A DNA stretch of 63,822 nucleotides, the filler included, from Lama guanicoe (lineage: Eukaryota): the NCBI GenBank assembly GCA_013239625.1. It is 168 parts of 168 records of this genome, joined end to end, with 100 filler letters (N's around TTAATTAATTAA, not from the genome) between each part and the next. Parts side by side here need not be neighbours in the genome. Positions count along the whole stretch, not along the records: positions 36,876 to 37,156 come from PNXV01052665.1; positions 37,257 to 37,537 come from PNXV01052666.1; positions 37,638 to 37,918 come from PNXV01052667.1; positions 38,019 to 38,299 come from PNXV01052668.1; positions 38,400 to 38,680 come from PNXV01052669.1; positions 38,781 to 39,061 come from PNXV01052670.1; positions 39,162 to 39,442 come from PNXV01052671.1; positions 39,543 to 39,823 come from PNXV01052672.1; 160 more parts are not named here. One strand, written 5' to 3'. Below the pieces are notes generated by a model. It saw only the letters and a list, made by a program, of their open reading frames with translations, ran no database searches and was not told the origin of the DNA. The translations under genes were made by a program, and so were the position numbers. Positions 36,955 to 50,675 of the stretch are shown piece after piece. Numbering within the stretch: the stretch's first letter is position 1; the number at the start of each line of letters is the position of its first letter.

Positions 36955-37085
36955 AGCACTGTACTAAGTATTTTATACATTGTTTAATTTTTACAGTAAC
37001 ACTTTAAGAGAGATCTTATTACCCCATTTGAAAGACTGACAATCTGAGCCTGAAAGAGAGTATATCTTGTACGAAGCCACATAGC
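36955..37085 (-). mobile_element. MIR SINE
   Basis: cagcactgtactaagtattttatac...ttattaccccattt...ctgagcctgaaagag. Confidence 0.6.
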
Positions 37086-37097
37086 TCGTACGTACTG

Positions 37098-37156
37098 CAG
37101 TGGTTCTCAAACACTAGGGAGCATCGGAATAGCCTGAAAGACTTGTAAAACACACA
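37098..37156. mobile_element. MER5A-like hAT MITE end
   Basis: cagtggttctcaaac terminal repeat followed by gcatcggaatagcctg. Confidence 0.7.
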
Positions 37157-40100
37157 NNNNNNNNNNNNNNNNNNNNNNNNNNNNNNNNNNNNNNNNNNNN
37201 TTAATTAATTAANNNNNNNNNNNNNNNNNNNNNNNNNNNNNNNNNNNNNNNNNNNNATGCTGTACACCAGAAATAAACACAACATTGTAAACTGACTATA
37301 CTTCAATTAAAATAAAATACATACCTTCCTTTCTCACTGTTACTGCTTTGGAACAGTCATGACACATGCCGTCTGAGATTCCTGTAACACTTTTAAAGTG
37401 TCAGTTGGTTTCAAAACTGGAGAAGTGGAGATAGAACCATCTATATGTTGGACATAAGTTCTTTTCATTGTAATTCTTCACTTCTGTTCAGGCTTTATTT
37501 GAAGACACTTTGCCTTTACAAGACAGATATTTAATTANNNNNNNNNNNNNNNNNNNNNNNNNNNNNNNNNNNNNNNNNNNNTTAATTAATTAANNNNNNN
37601 NNNNNNNNNNNNNNNNNNNNNNNNNNNNNNNNNNNNNAGGGCTGAGGGCCTCCAGATGCCAGGTCTGAGGCCCCTCCCCCAACCCCTCTGTGTAGAATTA
37701 AGTTATTGGAGCTTCTTTGGGCTCTCAGCAGGCTTACCTGGGACCTTATGTTTGGTCTCAGAGCCCAGGCCTGTGGGTGGAGAATCATGCCCACCACAGC
37801 ACAGAGCAGAATCCTTCAGGGGGTCAGCACTCCAAATGGTGTTGAAAGAATATTCTAGTAGTTCCCTCCTGCCCAGGCACGACCAGAGTTCATCTGGTCC
37901 TCACCTCCACTCTGGTTTNNNNNNNNNNNNNNNNNNNNNNNNNNNNNNNNNNNNNNNNNNNNTTAATTAATTAANNNNNNNNNNNNNNNNNNNNNNNNNN
38001 NNNNNNNNNNNNNNNNNNGCATTCATAGAATCTTCCCAATTCAGAAGAGCTCATACGATTAGTGACCGTTTCACTTATTTATGTCAGGAGAAAATTTGCA
38101 CCCAAGCTTTTACAGCGTGGAGTTAGTGAGCCTTCCTTCTCTGCAAATCCCATTAGCTGGACACCACAGGCAGTTGATGAAGACAAGAAACTCCAGTTCT
38201 GCTTTCTGCCCAGCTGCTTGTGCCTATATTTGAGCATATTTTAAATTTCTCAGCTTCATTTTTGAGTTTGATATAGTTGGAACTTTGTGCAACCCTAAAN
38301 NNNNNNNNNNNNNNNNNNNNNNNNNNNNNNNNNNNNNNNNNNNTTAATTAATTAANNNNNNNNNNNNNNNNNNNNNNNNNNNNNNNNNNNNNNNNNNNNT
38401 TCCCCTGTGCCTTAGTGCTCAAGTTGGGATGAGTGCTGGGAAGAGACAGGGAGTGCAGAGTAGGATTGGGGGGTTGGGAAAACATTAAGGCACAGAAATG
38501 GAACTTTAACCAATAATAGCTGGATATTTCAAAAGTCTTCATGGTGATTTAAAGAAAAACTGCATCATGTCCTGTCTGTACTTGTGAATTATTCTATAAA
38601 TATAAAATATCAAAAAATTATAAATAAAAATTTTTAAAAATTCAGAATAATTATTGTATTATTCCAAAGATGCCAAAAGANNNNNNNNNNNNNNNNNNNN
38701 NNNNNNNNNNNNNNNNNNNNNNNNTTAATTAATTAANNNNNNNNNNNNNNNNNNNNNNNNNNNNNNNNNNNNNNNNNNNNAGAATACAGTAGTTATTCCA
38801 TCATCAAATAATGTGTGTATTCAATATCTTTTCTTTTTTCTTTTCTTTTTTTAAGGTTTCTTTTCTTATTCTTCCCTGAAATTGAGGGAGATACGCATGT
38901 TCTAATGTATAACTACTTTGCCTTAATAGACATTGGTCAAAAGTAGCAATCTTAGTGACTTCACAATGAATTACTGACTCGAGTTCCCACAAAGAAAAAT
39001 TAGACTAGGAACTTTTCAATTTTGTGTGTGTGTTTGTGTACAAAAGCTCATTTTAAAAAAANNNNNNNNNNNNNNNNNNNNNNNNNNNNNNNNNNNNNNN
39101 NNNNNTTAATTAATTAANNNNNNNNNNNNNNNNNNNNNNNNNNNNNNNNNNNNNNNNNNNNTCAATAAATGTTTATTGGCTCAAAGTCACTGAGGAGGCG
39201 TAGGAAGTTGTGGTTTAGGCTAGGCAGGATGTGTGTGTGTTTTCCTTTCTTGCTGATCTTCTATTCCTTACCAGAGTGTGCTTTGATTAGGGCTTTTTAG
39301 CTTCACCTGCTTAATCCTCACCCCTATAATTATGCAGTATCATGCTGCTGACTGGCATGGGGGAAGACCTAGCCTCCGCCGATATGGTCCCCATATCTTA
39401 TTTGTCAATAAGAATAGAGAGGATCTGAAATATAAAATTCACNNNNNNNNNNNNNNNNNNNNNNNNNNNNNNNNNNNNNNNNNNNNTTAATTAATTAANN
39501 NNNNNNNNNNNNNNNNNNNNNNNNNNNNNNNNNNNNNNNNNNTATTTTATAAGATGACATGTTCTGAACATATCATCTCCCAAACGTGTGAAAATGAAGC
39601 CACCTATATGTAAGCATATGAAACCCAAACATATAGTTTAGACAAAAGAAACCAAAAAGACAAAAACATATCTAAGAGGATGATTATTCAATCAGTAACT
39701 TGTCTGTCATGCTTCTGCAAAGGATCATCAGTTGTGAGATCATAAGTAATATCTTCTTCATAAATGCAAACTGTTGTCCTTTAAAATATTTATTCTTTTA
39801 TTTAACGAAGATTGAGGGACAACNNNNNNNNNNNNNNNNNNNNNNNNNNNNNNNNNNNNNNNNNNNNTTAATTAATTAANNNNNNNNNNNNNNNNNNNNN
39901 NNNNNNNNNNNNNNNNNNNNNNNGTGATTTTTAAGAATCACCCTGAAATACCAGTTCTGATGTGTTTCTTTATAAGTCTGTAACGGTATAATATTACTAC
40001 ATCTCCATAGGAAGGGAATAGAATGTAGACTATATAAGCCCTTCAGCCCATTCAGCTCAATTCAATGATCAAGCGATCACACACTCAAATCCCATTCTTT

Positions 40101-40685
40101 AGGTAGAGTCTTAATGAAAAATGTGTTGTAATGAGATAAAACAAAGCACAGAAATGTTTAAATATCTTTCAAACTAGCTCAGCCAGTAAGTTTTGAATGG
40201 TGAANNNNNNNNNNNNNNNNNNNNNNNNNNNNNNNNNNNNNNNNNNNNTTAATTAATTAANNNNNNNNNNNNNNNNNNNNNNNNNNNNNNNNNNNNNNNN
40301 NNNNCTAGCCCATGCACGCTTCACAGTGCCCGTGGGTGGTAGCATGGGGGCGGAATTCACCTGAGTCACGTCATCATCACAGCCAGACACGTCATGTTGT
40401 GATGGTGTCTAATGTTAAGAGTAGGAACAGGTTGTTTAGATTTGAATCTGCACAGTATCTGCAGGTCAGTCTTTAAAAAATAGTATCACAGAAATATTTT
40501 ATTGCTATGAGATGCTATTTGTAATATTGGTGGGTAAAGCATGAATCCATTTTTTTGCTGAAAAAATGACACACACACACACACANNNNNNNNNNNNNNN
40601 NNNNNNNNNNNNNNNNNNNNNNNNNNNNNTTAATTAATTAANNNNNNNNNNNNNNNNNNNNNNNNNNNNNNNNNNNNNNNNNNNN

Positions 40686-40910
40686 AACTGGTTGTTTATC
40701 TATTTTATATATATATTAGTTTGTATCTGCAAATTTTGAACTCCTGGTTTATCCCATCCCACCCCCATCTCCCCTCTGGTAACCGTCAGTTTGTTTTCTG
40801 TATGTGTGAGTCTCTGTTTTGTAAATAAGTTCATTTGTCTTTCTTTCTTTCTTTTTTTTTTTTTAGATTCCACATATAAATGATATCATATGATTTCTTT
40901 CTTTCTCTTC
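40686..40910 (-). mobile_element. LINE-1 3' UTR, followed by a probable Vic-1-like SINE tail (~40910-40966, minus)
   Basis: ggtaaccgtcagtttgttttc...ttttagattccacatataaatgatatcata; then gggaggtaattagg. Confidence 0.85.
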
Positions 40911-41689
40911 CTTTTTAAACAAGTTAATTATTTACTTATTTTTGTGGAAAGGGAGGTAATTAGGTCNNNNNNNNNNNNNNNNNNNNNNNNNNNNNNNNNN
41001 NNNNNNNNNNTTAATTAATTAANNNNNNNNNNNNNNNNNNNNNNNNNNNNNNNNNNNNNNNNNNNNTTTCCACTTTTACATGAGTAATAGGAAGAATATA
41101 TGTTCTTGAACTTATATTTTCCCACTTAATGTGTTGATTGTGTTTCCTCGTCTCTCTCTATATATAGTATGCATGTATATCTCCTTTGAATCATCGCAAA
41201 ATATTCCACAGTGGAGTGATATATATCCAAGTTTATACATATATATATTTCTTGGTGATATATATTTAGATTTTTCCATTTTTCTCTTACAAATTGCTGC
41301 AGTGCAATTTGTAAAAGATAAAAGCTATTTTTCTAGGGTAGACACTGNNNNNNNNNNNNNNNNNNNNNNNNNNNNNNNNNNNNNNNNNNNNTTAATTAAT
41401 TAANNNNNNNNNNNNNNNNNNNNNNNNNNNNNNNNNNNNNNNNNNNNACTGAGAATGAAACAGAGGAAGAAGTTTCTAGAAAGACAGGTGGTTCTTAGAA
41501 ATCTGAGTAATTTTTTCAGCAATGTTCAACTGATGTGTCCTGCAACTTTCCGTTTCTAAAATAAGCAAAAACATGAACAAAAGTGGCCTCTGTGGAAACC
41601 AAAATCGAGGACTCACCATCTATGCAGTTTACTCAAAGAAAACTCTCAGATCCTTCTTCACAATCCTAAGACACACACGTGCACATGTG

Positions 41690-41692
<3 letters not shown>

Positions 41693-41723
<31 letters not shown>
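41693..41723. repeat. (TG)n microsatellite at contig end
   Basis: Direct observation. Confidence 0.95.
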
Positions 41724-41823
41724 NNNNNNNNNNNNNNNNNNNNNNNNNNNNNNNNNNNNNNNNNNNNTTAATTAATTAANNNNNNNNNNNNNNNNNNNNN
41801 NNNNNNNNNNNNNNNNNNNNNNN

Positions 41824-42104
41824 AATGTTGTGTTAGTTTCTGGCATACAGCAAAGTGATTCAGTTATACATACACATATAAATAACTTTTTCATATTCTT
41901 TTCCATTATGGTTTACTACAGGACATTGGCTGTAGTTCCCTATGCTGTACAGTAGGATCTTGCTGTTTATCCATTTTATATATATTGGTTTATATCGGCT
42001 GATCCCAAACTCCTAATTTATCTCTCCCCCACACTCTTTTCCCACTGGTAACCAAAAGTTTGTTTTCTGTGTCTGTGAGTCTGTTTGTTTTATAAATAAG
42101 TTCA
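41824..42104 (-). mobile_element. LINE-1 3' end
   Basis: tacagcaaagtgattcagttatacata...tagttccctatgctgtacagtagg...ggtaaccaaaagtttgttttc. Confidence 0.9.
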
Positions 42105-42966
42105 NNNNNNNNNNNNNNNNNNNNNNNNNNNNNNNNNNNNNNNNNNNNTTAATTAATTAANNNNNNNNNNNNNNNNNNNNNNNNNNNNNNNNNNNNNNNN
42201 NNNNAAAAATAGTTGACAAGACAATAACAACTAATTAACTGACATCAGGGCAAGAGAAAGGGTAAAACACGGTCACGGCATGGATGATTTCAGAGGAAAT
42301 TTATAAACTTCAAAATGTGAATATTTGTTGGATGATGACATAATCTCAACTTACGTTTTTCTTTCGCATCCACTGATGTAGAGGTTAAGGAGGCTGAAAA
42401 ACCCTGCTAAATGGTTTTCTCAAATCATTTGCACCTAGGGGTACCCATAAGGTTCACATCCAGCCAAGAAGAGGTAGTGGGCATCNNNNNNNNNNNNNNN
42501 NNNNNNNNNNNNNNNNNNNNNNNNNNNNNTTAATTAATTAANNNNNNNNNNNNNNNNNNNNNNNNNNNNNNNNNNNNNNNNNNNNATAACATTAATGGAC
42601 TTACCCACTTTTTAGCTTCAACCATATTTATTTCCATCTATTCTGAATACTAATTGATAAAGTAATTGATACAGTTGTAGAAAACATTATACAAATAACA
42701 AATAGAATAACTCAAGCTCTCAGTTGTGCTCACCATCATTAATATTGTGTAAATATAATTGAAGAGGTATAATTTTAACACCAATAGGGCAGATTTATTG
42801 TGCTGACTTTGCAATTGGGATTACTGCAATTACACTGGAAAAAATATGTAAATAAAGATCATTGAGNNNNNNNNNNNNNNNNNNNNNNNNNNNNNNNNNN
42901 NNNNNNNNNNTTAATTAATTAANNNNNNNNNNNNNNNNNNNNNNNNNNNNNNNNNNNNNNNNNNNN

Positions 42967-43147
42967 TGTGGTTAGTTTTCCTGGCAACCAGCTTCAATCA
43001 GGAGGCTACCCAGGAGCCCCAAGTCACCAGTCATTTCATTAGCATAAAAAAGAAATAACACTTCAGAGATTCCAGTGGTTTTAGGAGCTATGTGTCAGAA
43101 AATGGGGACAAAGACCAAATATATATATATATAATTACAAATCACAC
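42967..43147 (-). mobile_element. MER21-like LTR fragment
   Basis: cctggcaaccagc...cattagcataaaaaa...gagattcc.gtggttttaggagct.tgtgtcagaaa..ggggacaaagaccaaata. Confidence 0.7.
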
Positions 43148-44109
43148 AACACTTAAGAAGTATGTACTAATAGTATTGCCAGTTTTTAGATGAGGAACCA
43201 GAGGCATAGTAACTTTCCCATAAAGTCCCATTAAGTAACGTTCCCAANNNNNNNNNNNNNNNNNNNNNNNNNNNNNNNNNNNNNNNNNNNNTTAATTAAT
43301 TAANNNNNNNNNNNNNNNNNNNNNNNNNNNNNNNNNNNNNNNNNNNNTAAATGAGGGAGCATTTTTAAGGAAAAAATCTGCAAGAGAGTGAGAGAGCAAA
43401 ATAAGGGAAACAAATGGATTTGAGCAAGGGGCTCAGGTTCAGTCAGTCTTTGTCCTGACCACTTCCATCCCCGGGCAGGGGAAGGCCCTAGACAAGAGGG
43501 TCCATAGCATCTGAGATGTCCCTCCTGACAATGCAGCCATCCCCTCTCACAGTACGATTGTGTGTGTATATGTGTGTACGTATGATGACAACACTTAGGG
43601 TGAACTCTCTTAGCAACCTTCAAGAATANNNNNNNNNNNNNNNNNNNNNNNNNNNNNNNNNNNNNNNNNNNNTTAATTAATTAANNNNNNNNNNNNNNNN
43701 NNNNNNNNNNNNNNNNNNNNNNNNNNNNGGGATCATAGAAGTCCCTGTAGTCACAACCACATCTTAAAAGAGAAGCATAAAGCAGCCTCACTGATGACAC
43801 AGAGACTCAATACAACTGGTGGGAAAATGCAATAACTCTGAATTCTCGGTTGTATATTATTTCTTCTACTCTGTATCACACGTGACTAGCAGCTCGTAAT
43901 ATGGCTTTACAATCAAAGAGTTACTAAAAGTTGCACAGAGGTAAATATATATCCCCTGGGGGGAAAATTTATATATATATTTTGTTTACCATTGTGTTTA
44001 CCAAAAGAANNNNNNNNNNNNNNNNNNNNNNNNNNNNNNNNNNNNNNNNNNNNTTAATTAATTAANNNNNNNNNNNNNNNNNNNNNNNNNNNNNNNNNNN
44101 NNNNNNNNN

Positions 44110-44390
44110 GGAGGTACCACTTTATTCAGTGAGGACTTTGACATGGCCAGTAATGATAAGTGACATTACGTGCCCCGCCTCCCCAGTGAGATTCAGTAGG
44201 ACATACATAGCACCTGTGTAGTTCTCTTGCCAAAACCATAACTGGAATATATCTCTAGAAAACAATCAAACATTTACATGCCTACTAGCCTGGACTCCAA
44301 AGAGGTAAATGTACTGAAAGGAAATAAAAAAGTAAAGAGAACGATTCTGGATTACAGGAGACCAAAGGGAAAAGATAAGCAAATTATGTG
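44110..44390 (+). mobile_element. Old LINE-1 (L1MC-like) 3' region
   Basis: tgtgtagttctcttgccaaaa...ttctggattacaggagaccaaag. Confidence 0.5.
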
Positions 44391-46014
44391 NNNNNNNNNN
44401 NNNNNNNNNNNNNNNNNNNNNNNNNNNNNNNNNNTTAATTAATTAANNNNNNNNNNNNNNNNNNNNNNNNNNNNNNNNNNNNNNNNNNNNCTGTAAAGGT
44501 CTTTTTAGAAGATGCCACAGCCATTGAGAAAGTGAATGACTATCTGTCTGGGTACAATGTTTTTGCAAGTCTGATGGTTTCTAATTCTTTGCATTTAACA
44601 AAACTGTGATAAAATTAATTATGTTGTCAATTGATAGGGTTTTCAAGATAAGCTCTGAAAGCCTGAACACTCATTCCTGTTTTATCACCTACTGCAGGAA
44701 GTCAAGGAATTGAGAGACATGGCTCCAGCCAAATTCGTTCCGTTCCTCACAGTAGAGAATTTCTCAGCAAANNNNNNNNNNNNNNNNNNNNNNNNNNNNN
44801 NNNNNNNNNNNNNNNTTAATTAATTAANNNNNNNNNNNNNNNNNNNNNNNNNNNNNNNNNNNNNNNNNNNNCACTTTGTCTTCTCCTCACCCCAGAGCCC
44901 AGATCCCGGGGCTGTAGGGCCGCTCTGTGGCCACAGGAGACAGCAGAGTCACAGCTCCCAAGGCGATCCCTGTGGCCTCGCAGATGCCTGCCTGCTCCCT
45001 GGAGCTTAGATCTCCCAAACTGAGGATGATGCTAGGATGTGCCCAAGTCCCCAGTGGAGGCAGATGCTTCTTAGGAGCCACTGTCGTGCTTCTGTTCAAG
45101 CCTGCTCAGTGCCATGTCAGCACCGAGGAGAGCTGCAGGCTGCCACCTTCCTNNNNNNNNNNNNNNNNNNNNNNNNNNNNNNNNNNNNNNNNNNNNTTAA
45201 TTAATTAANNNNNNNNNNNNNNNNNNNNNNNNNNNNNNNNNNNNNNNNNNNNACCTTTATTTCTTTCTCTTGCCTGATTGCACTGGCCGGGATTGCCAGT
45301 GGCTCTTGAGGTGGCTCTTCAGCACTTCATTCCTCCCGGCTTCATCCTCCACACCCCACACACACATTACAGACAATGAGTGTTAAACTGCTGATCAAGA
45401 ATGAAGTTTCCTAGTGGTAACTTTACTTTATATATGAATATTACTTATCTTTATAATCAGAACAAGCAACAACATCATTCCTTAAAAAAAAACTAAACTA
45501 AAAACAATTGTTAAAAGGTATAAAACATGTTATNNNNNNNNNNNNNNNNNNNNNNNNNNNNNNNNNNNNNNNNNNNNTTAATTAATTAANNNNNNNNNNN
45601 NNNNNNNNNNNNNNNNNNNNNNNNNNNNNNNNNATTACTTTTGAAAACAACCATGTCAATACCACACCAAAAAAGCAGAGAATACATCAGATTTCCTCAT
45701 AGAGGCCCACCCTTAATGTGACCCAGTTCACCCAAAGTGCTGATGCTCATTGCCCTTGCAGGAGTCCACGTGTAACTTAGAGGCACTGTGGGATGATTAG
45801 GAGCCACTGTGTCTTTAGGTGCTGTGGGGGACATGGATGGGGTCCAAACGGTGAACTCTGATCTCTAGTTTTCCACATCAAACCATCAAAAACCTGTTAG
45901 AACTAATAAATCATNNNNNNNNNNNNNNNNNNNNNNNNNNNNNNNNNNNNNNNNNNNNTTAATTAATTAANNNNNNNNNNNNNNNNNNNNNNNNNNNNNN
46001 NNNNNNNNNNNNNN

Positions 46015-46090
46015 TTGTGGGACTGAGCCCTTAACTTGCAGGGTCTGCATCAACTCTGGGTGGTGTCAGAATTGAACTGAATTACAGATT
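46015..46090 (+). mobile_element. MER21-like LTR fragment
   Basis: ttgtgggactgagcccttaac...gtgtcagaattgaactgaatt. Confidence 0.65.
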
Positions 46091-49000
46091 ATTGCTGTTG
46101 GAACAATGTATTTGTCAGGGCAGGGAAAAAACAACTACGACAACTCCTGATTATCCTGGAGATCACAGTTCAAACATCACCTCTCGGGAACAACTTTTCC
46201 TGCTCCCCAGACTAGCTCAAGCCCTGGTTTTCCTTTAAAGCCAGTGCATATAAAGAGTTATTAATATAATTATCTGATAACTGTCTGCCCCCATCNNNNN
46301 NNNNNNNNNNNNNNNNNNNNNNNNNNNNNNNNNNNNNNNTTAATTAATTAANNNNNNNNNNNNNNNNNNNNNNNNNNNNNNNNNNNNNNNNNNNNCACCT
46401 AGCTTTTCGCCCCGGCCGAACCTCCGGTAAGAGCCCTTAGTCGGGAGAGTTGAGGAAAAGGGTCAGGAGCGATCCCCGGAGGCTTTTTTTCCCGCAACCC
46501 GGGAAGAGAGTGAGCGCAGAACATGTAAAATAAGGAAATGAAAAAAGAACTCGGGAAAAAAAATCCTTTTAAGAAAAAAATTAAAAGGGACGAGAAAAGC
46601 CGTAGCCTCCAGGTGGGAGAGAGGACAGTGCCTCCACCTGTTTGGGATCCTGAAGATTTGTTGGGCTCACAGAGAANNNNNNNNNNNNNNNNNNNNNNNN
46701 NNNNNNNNNNNNNNNNNNNNTTAATTAATTAANNNNNNNNNNNNNNNNNNNNNNNNNNNNNNNNNNNNNNNNNNNNCACAGCTCAAGCAAAACTCTTTAA
46801 AACTGTATATATCTATGTCATACACGTGATTGTTTCCAGCCTCTCTCCCAAAGCTAAGAGACTTAGAGAGTACTCTGTTAAAAATATAGAAATGGATCTT
46901 TTTATATGTTCATCCTGCTGGAAATCACACCACTATGGCATGACTTATACCGTGTGGTTGAAGCAGTACAGATACACTAAGCTTTTTAATGCTTTATCTA
47001 ATTCCAAGGTATGGCTGGTGACTCATTCTGTGAAAAGGGCTGTGGACAGGGTGCCATNNNNNNNNNNNNNNNNNNNNNNNNNNNNNNNNNNNNNNNNNNN
47101 NTTAATTAATTAANNNNNNNNNNNNNNNNNNNNNNNNNNNNNNNNNNNNNNNNNNNNAAAAAAAAAAAAAAGCTTTGTTGTGGTATACTTGATGTACAAT
47201 AAACTGCACTTACACGAAGCATACGACTTCAGTTTTGGCAGACCTGGGAACCTTCACCACCATCAAGATAATGAACATACCCCTTGGAGACCAAGCTGGA
47301 AGAGTCCCGTTTTCTACTGTCTCACAAACTGTTTAATATTCTGCACCAGGCACTGTGCTGGGTAAGAAGGAAACAGACTCACCGTGTGGAACCTCTTTCC
47401 TGGGGGAGTGAGTTCCAGGAGCCCGTTGGGATCTGAAGNNNNNNNNNNNNNNNNNNNNNNNNNNNNNNNNNNNNNNNNNNNNTTAATTAATTAANNNNNN
47501 NNNNNNNNNNNNNNNNNNNNNNNNNNNNNNNNNNNNNNTGCTTTAGTTTTCAGCTGGCTATGAAAAATTCTTCTTGGATTTGCTGGAGGGCCAAATATAT
47601 TTGATATGTCAAGATTTCAAGTTTGATTAATGATCATCCTTTTTTTTCTGGATCAGAATGAAAAAAAAGGAAAAGGAAAAAGAAAACCTCTTCCCCACGA
47701 AATTAGTCCATTTCCCCCCTCCAGCCTGCAGCCGAAGTTCCCTGAGGAGTTTGCGTTGTCTGTACTAGTTACGTTTGTTTATCCTCACTGTGATGTCTGT
47801 GAACTGAACCTCCAAGAGCNNNNNNNNNNNNNNNNNNNNNNNNNNNNNNNNNNNNNNNNNNNNTTAATTAATTAANNNNNNNNNNNNNNNNNNNNNNNNN
47901 NNNNNNNNNNNNNNNNNNNGAATCTCCACACTGTTTTCCATAGTGGCTGCACCAAACTGCATTCCCATGAAATTTACTTCTAATTGGATTTTACTGATCT
48001 TCAGAAATAAAATTCACTCCTTAAAGATAACAAATCAGTTTTTTAAACAATGTCACAACTCATTGAGGTAGGTGATATTCAGGTTCTGTAGGTGAAAAAA
48101 CTTCAAGTGTGGTTGACTACTTGCCCAAAGAGACATGGTCAGTCACTTACATATGTAAGACTTATCTATCTCAGATCTATACAAACAACCCTAACTTAGN
48201 NNNNNNNNNNNNNNNNNNNNNNNNNNNNNNNNNNNNNNNNNNNTTAATTAATTAANNNNNNNNNNNNNNNNNNNNNNNNNNNNNNNNNNNNNNNNNNNNA
48301 AAAAAAAAAGTTGCACAGATCTATTTATTCATAATTAAGTAGAGCTCAGTTGCTTATTCATTCTTAAATACTAAAAACTTAAAATAGAAACATGTCACAA
48401 TGTATTTATTTACAGACACATCATTTTTCATTTGTCGTTTTTCTCTGCTTTCTCACTGGTCTGTACTTTAAAACCTTGAGACAATGGTAACATATTACTT
48501 TTATTATAAAATAAAAAGACATATCATTTTTAAAAGTTAATTCAAATATTAAAAGTTAATTCAAATTTTAAAATTTAATTNNNNNNNNNNNNNNNNNNNN
48601 NNNNNNNNNNNNNNNNNNNNNNNNTTAATTAATTAANNNNNNNNNNNNNNNNNNNNNNNNNNNNNNNNNNNNNNNNNNNNCATGAAGAGGACGTGGTAGT
48701 CACATGGGCCAGGGATTACAGAAAATTATTAGCATGGTCACGCAATAGAGTGTCAGTTGTTGAGAAGAATATGTGGTTTGTACTTTCCTCATTTCCTGAC
48801 GATGGTGGAGATTAACATCATGGACACTGGAGCATCAACAGTCATTTGAGGATAGAGGGTACTTCTCTTTGTCAATAGAGAAATTTGCTCCACTGAACTG
48901 TGGTGATTGCAAGCTCAGAGAACAGAGGCCCCAGAAGTTAGGTAGTAGAATGACTGTAGATNNNNNNNNNNNNNNNNNNNNNNNNNNNNNNNNNNNNNNN

Positions 49001-50585
49001 NNNNNTTAATTAATTAANNNNNNNNNNNNNNNNNNNNNNNNNNNNNNNNNNNNNNNNNNNNTTCTTCCACCTCCGGTTTCAGGAACTTGTGATGTCAGCA
49101 ACAGCACAACTTTTCCAAAGATGAGCTCACAACCAGGAAATCAGGATGCATGCACAATAAAGCTGCAGGTGCCCCCTGACTGGCCGTTTCACCGCAGCTT
49201 CACAGTCACATCGTGTATTCGTGACGGTCCGGAGAGACTCAAGTCACACGTGAAATTACGCCTACACACCCCAGGCACTTGTATGGCTAAGTTTCTGCAC
49301 ACCTGCAGCCTTCACTTCCCCCTGCAGCAGCCTCACAAAGCANNNNNNNNNNNNNNNNNNNNNNNNNNNNNNNNNNNNNNNNNNNNTTAATTAATTAANN
49401 NNNNNNNNNNNNNNNNNNNNNNNNNNNNNNNNNNNNNNNNNNAGAATTGTCTGTACTCTGTTTCCATTCCTTCATTTACTCGTCAGTGCTCAGGCCATTA
49501 CCACTGACCAGTCTTTCACCGCGCTGATCAAAGGCCCCTGGTAGCTGTACGCAGAGCTGTGGGAGATCATGGTGCATACAGTCTCTTGCACTGCTTTTTA
49601 TTTGCTTCAACTTGGAGTGGTAGTGAAAATAAGTATACTGGGATCCAATATAGATATTACATACATAACCCAAATGCCTCCAGGCCTATAATAAACCCTG
49701 CCCTGAAACCTGGACTTGCCAGGNNNNNNNNNNNNNNNNNNNNNNNNNNNNNNNNNNNNNNNNNNNNTTAATTAATTAANNNNNNNNNNNNNNNNNNNNN
49801 NNNNNNNNNNNNNNNNNNNNNNNAAAAAAAATAAATTTTGGCCCTTTTAGTCCCTATTACCCAGGGAGCTACAGAAGCAGGGAGAAAGGGAGCCTAACTC
49901 AGAGGGGAAAAGTGTTTGGAAAGGATTCTATCTAAGCCAAGACCTGAAAGACAAGTAGGATTTAAACTAAGCTGGGAAGGTAGATGCAGATAGAGGAAGG
50001 AAGGGGGAAAGAAAAATATCCTAGGAAGATGTGTATATGACGATCTAATAATATAACACTGGCATAAGTTACTTCTCTTCTCCCATAAAGTGAAATTAAC
50101 AAACNNNNNNNNNNNNNNNNNNNNNNNNNNNNNNNNNNNNNNNNNNNNTTAATTAATTAANNNNNNNNNNNNNNNNNNNNNNNNNNNNNNNNNNNNNNNN
50201 NNNNTGCTCCTCAGCCCTGCCTCGTCCACTTCAGCCTCGGTGCAGCCCCTGCAGGACCCCGGGTGCCCAGGGCCCCTGCACCTGCTGCTCCCCCCACTGG
50301 GATGCTGTTCCTCCAGACACAGCAGGGCCGGACCCTCCACCTCTCTCCTGAACGTCCCCTGCAGAGTCGGCCTTCAGTAACTACCCGGAGAACAGCAGAC
50401 CACCCTTCTCCTCCACGCTCCGATTCGCTCTCCATTTTACTTGTTTCATTGTCTCCCTCAGTTACAAGGAAGCCCCTCGAGCACANNNNNNNNNNNNNNN
50501 NNNNNNNNNNNNNNNNNNNNNNNNNNNNNTTAATTAATTAANNNNNNNNNNNNNNNNNNNNNNNNNNNNNNNNNNNNNNNNNNNN

Positions 50586-50675
50586 ATTTGTGCTTTTATT
50601 TCTATTGCTTGGGTAGACTGCCCTAGGAGAACATCGCTGAGGTGTATGTCAGATAATGTTTGGCATATATTTTCT
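50586..50675 (-). mobile_element. LINE-1 ORF2 fragment
   Basis: Near-identical to 12733-12815. Confidence 0.8.
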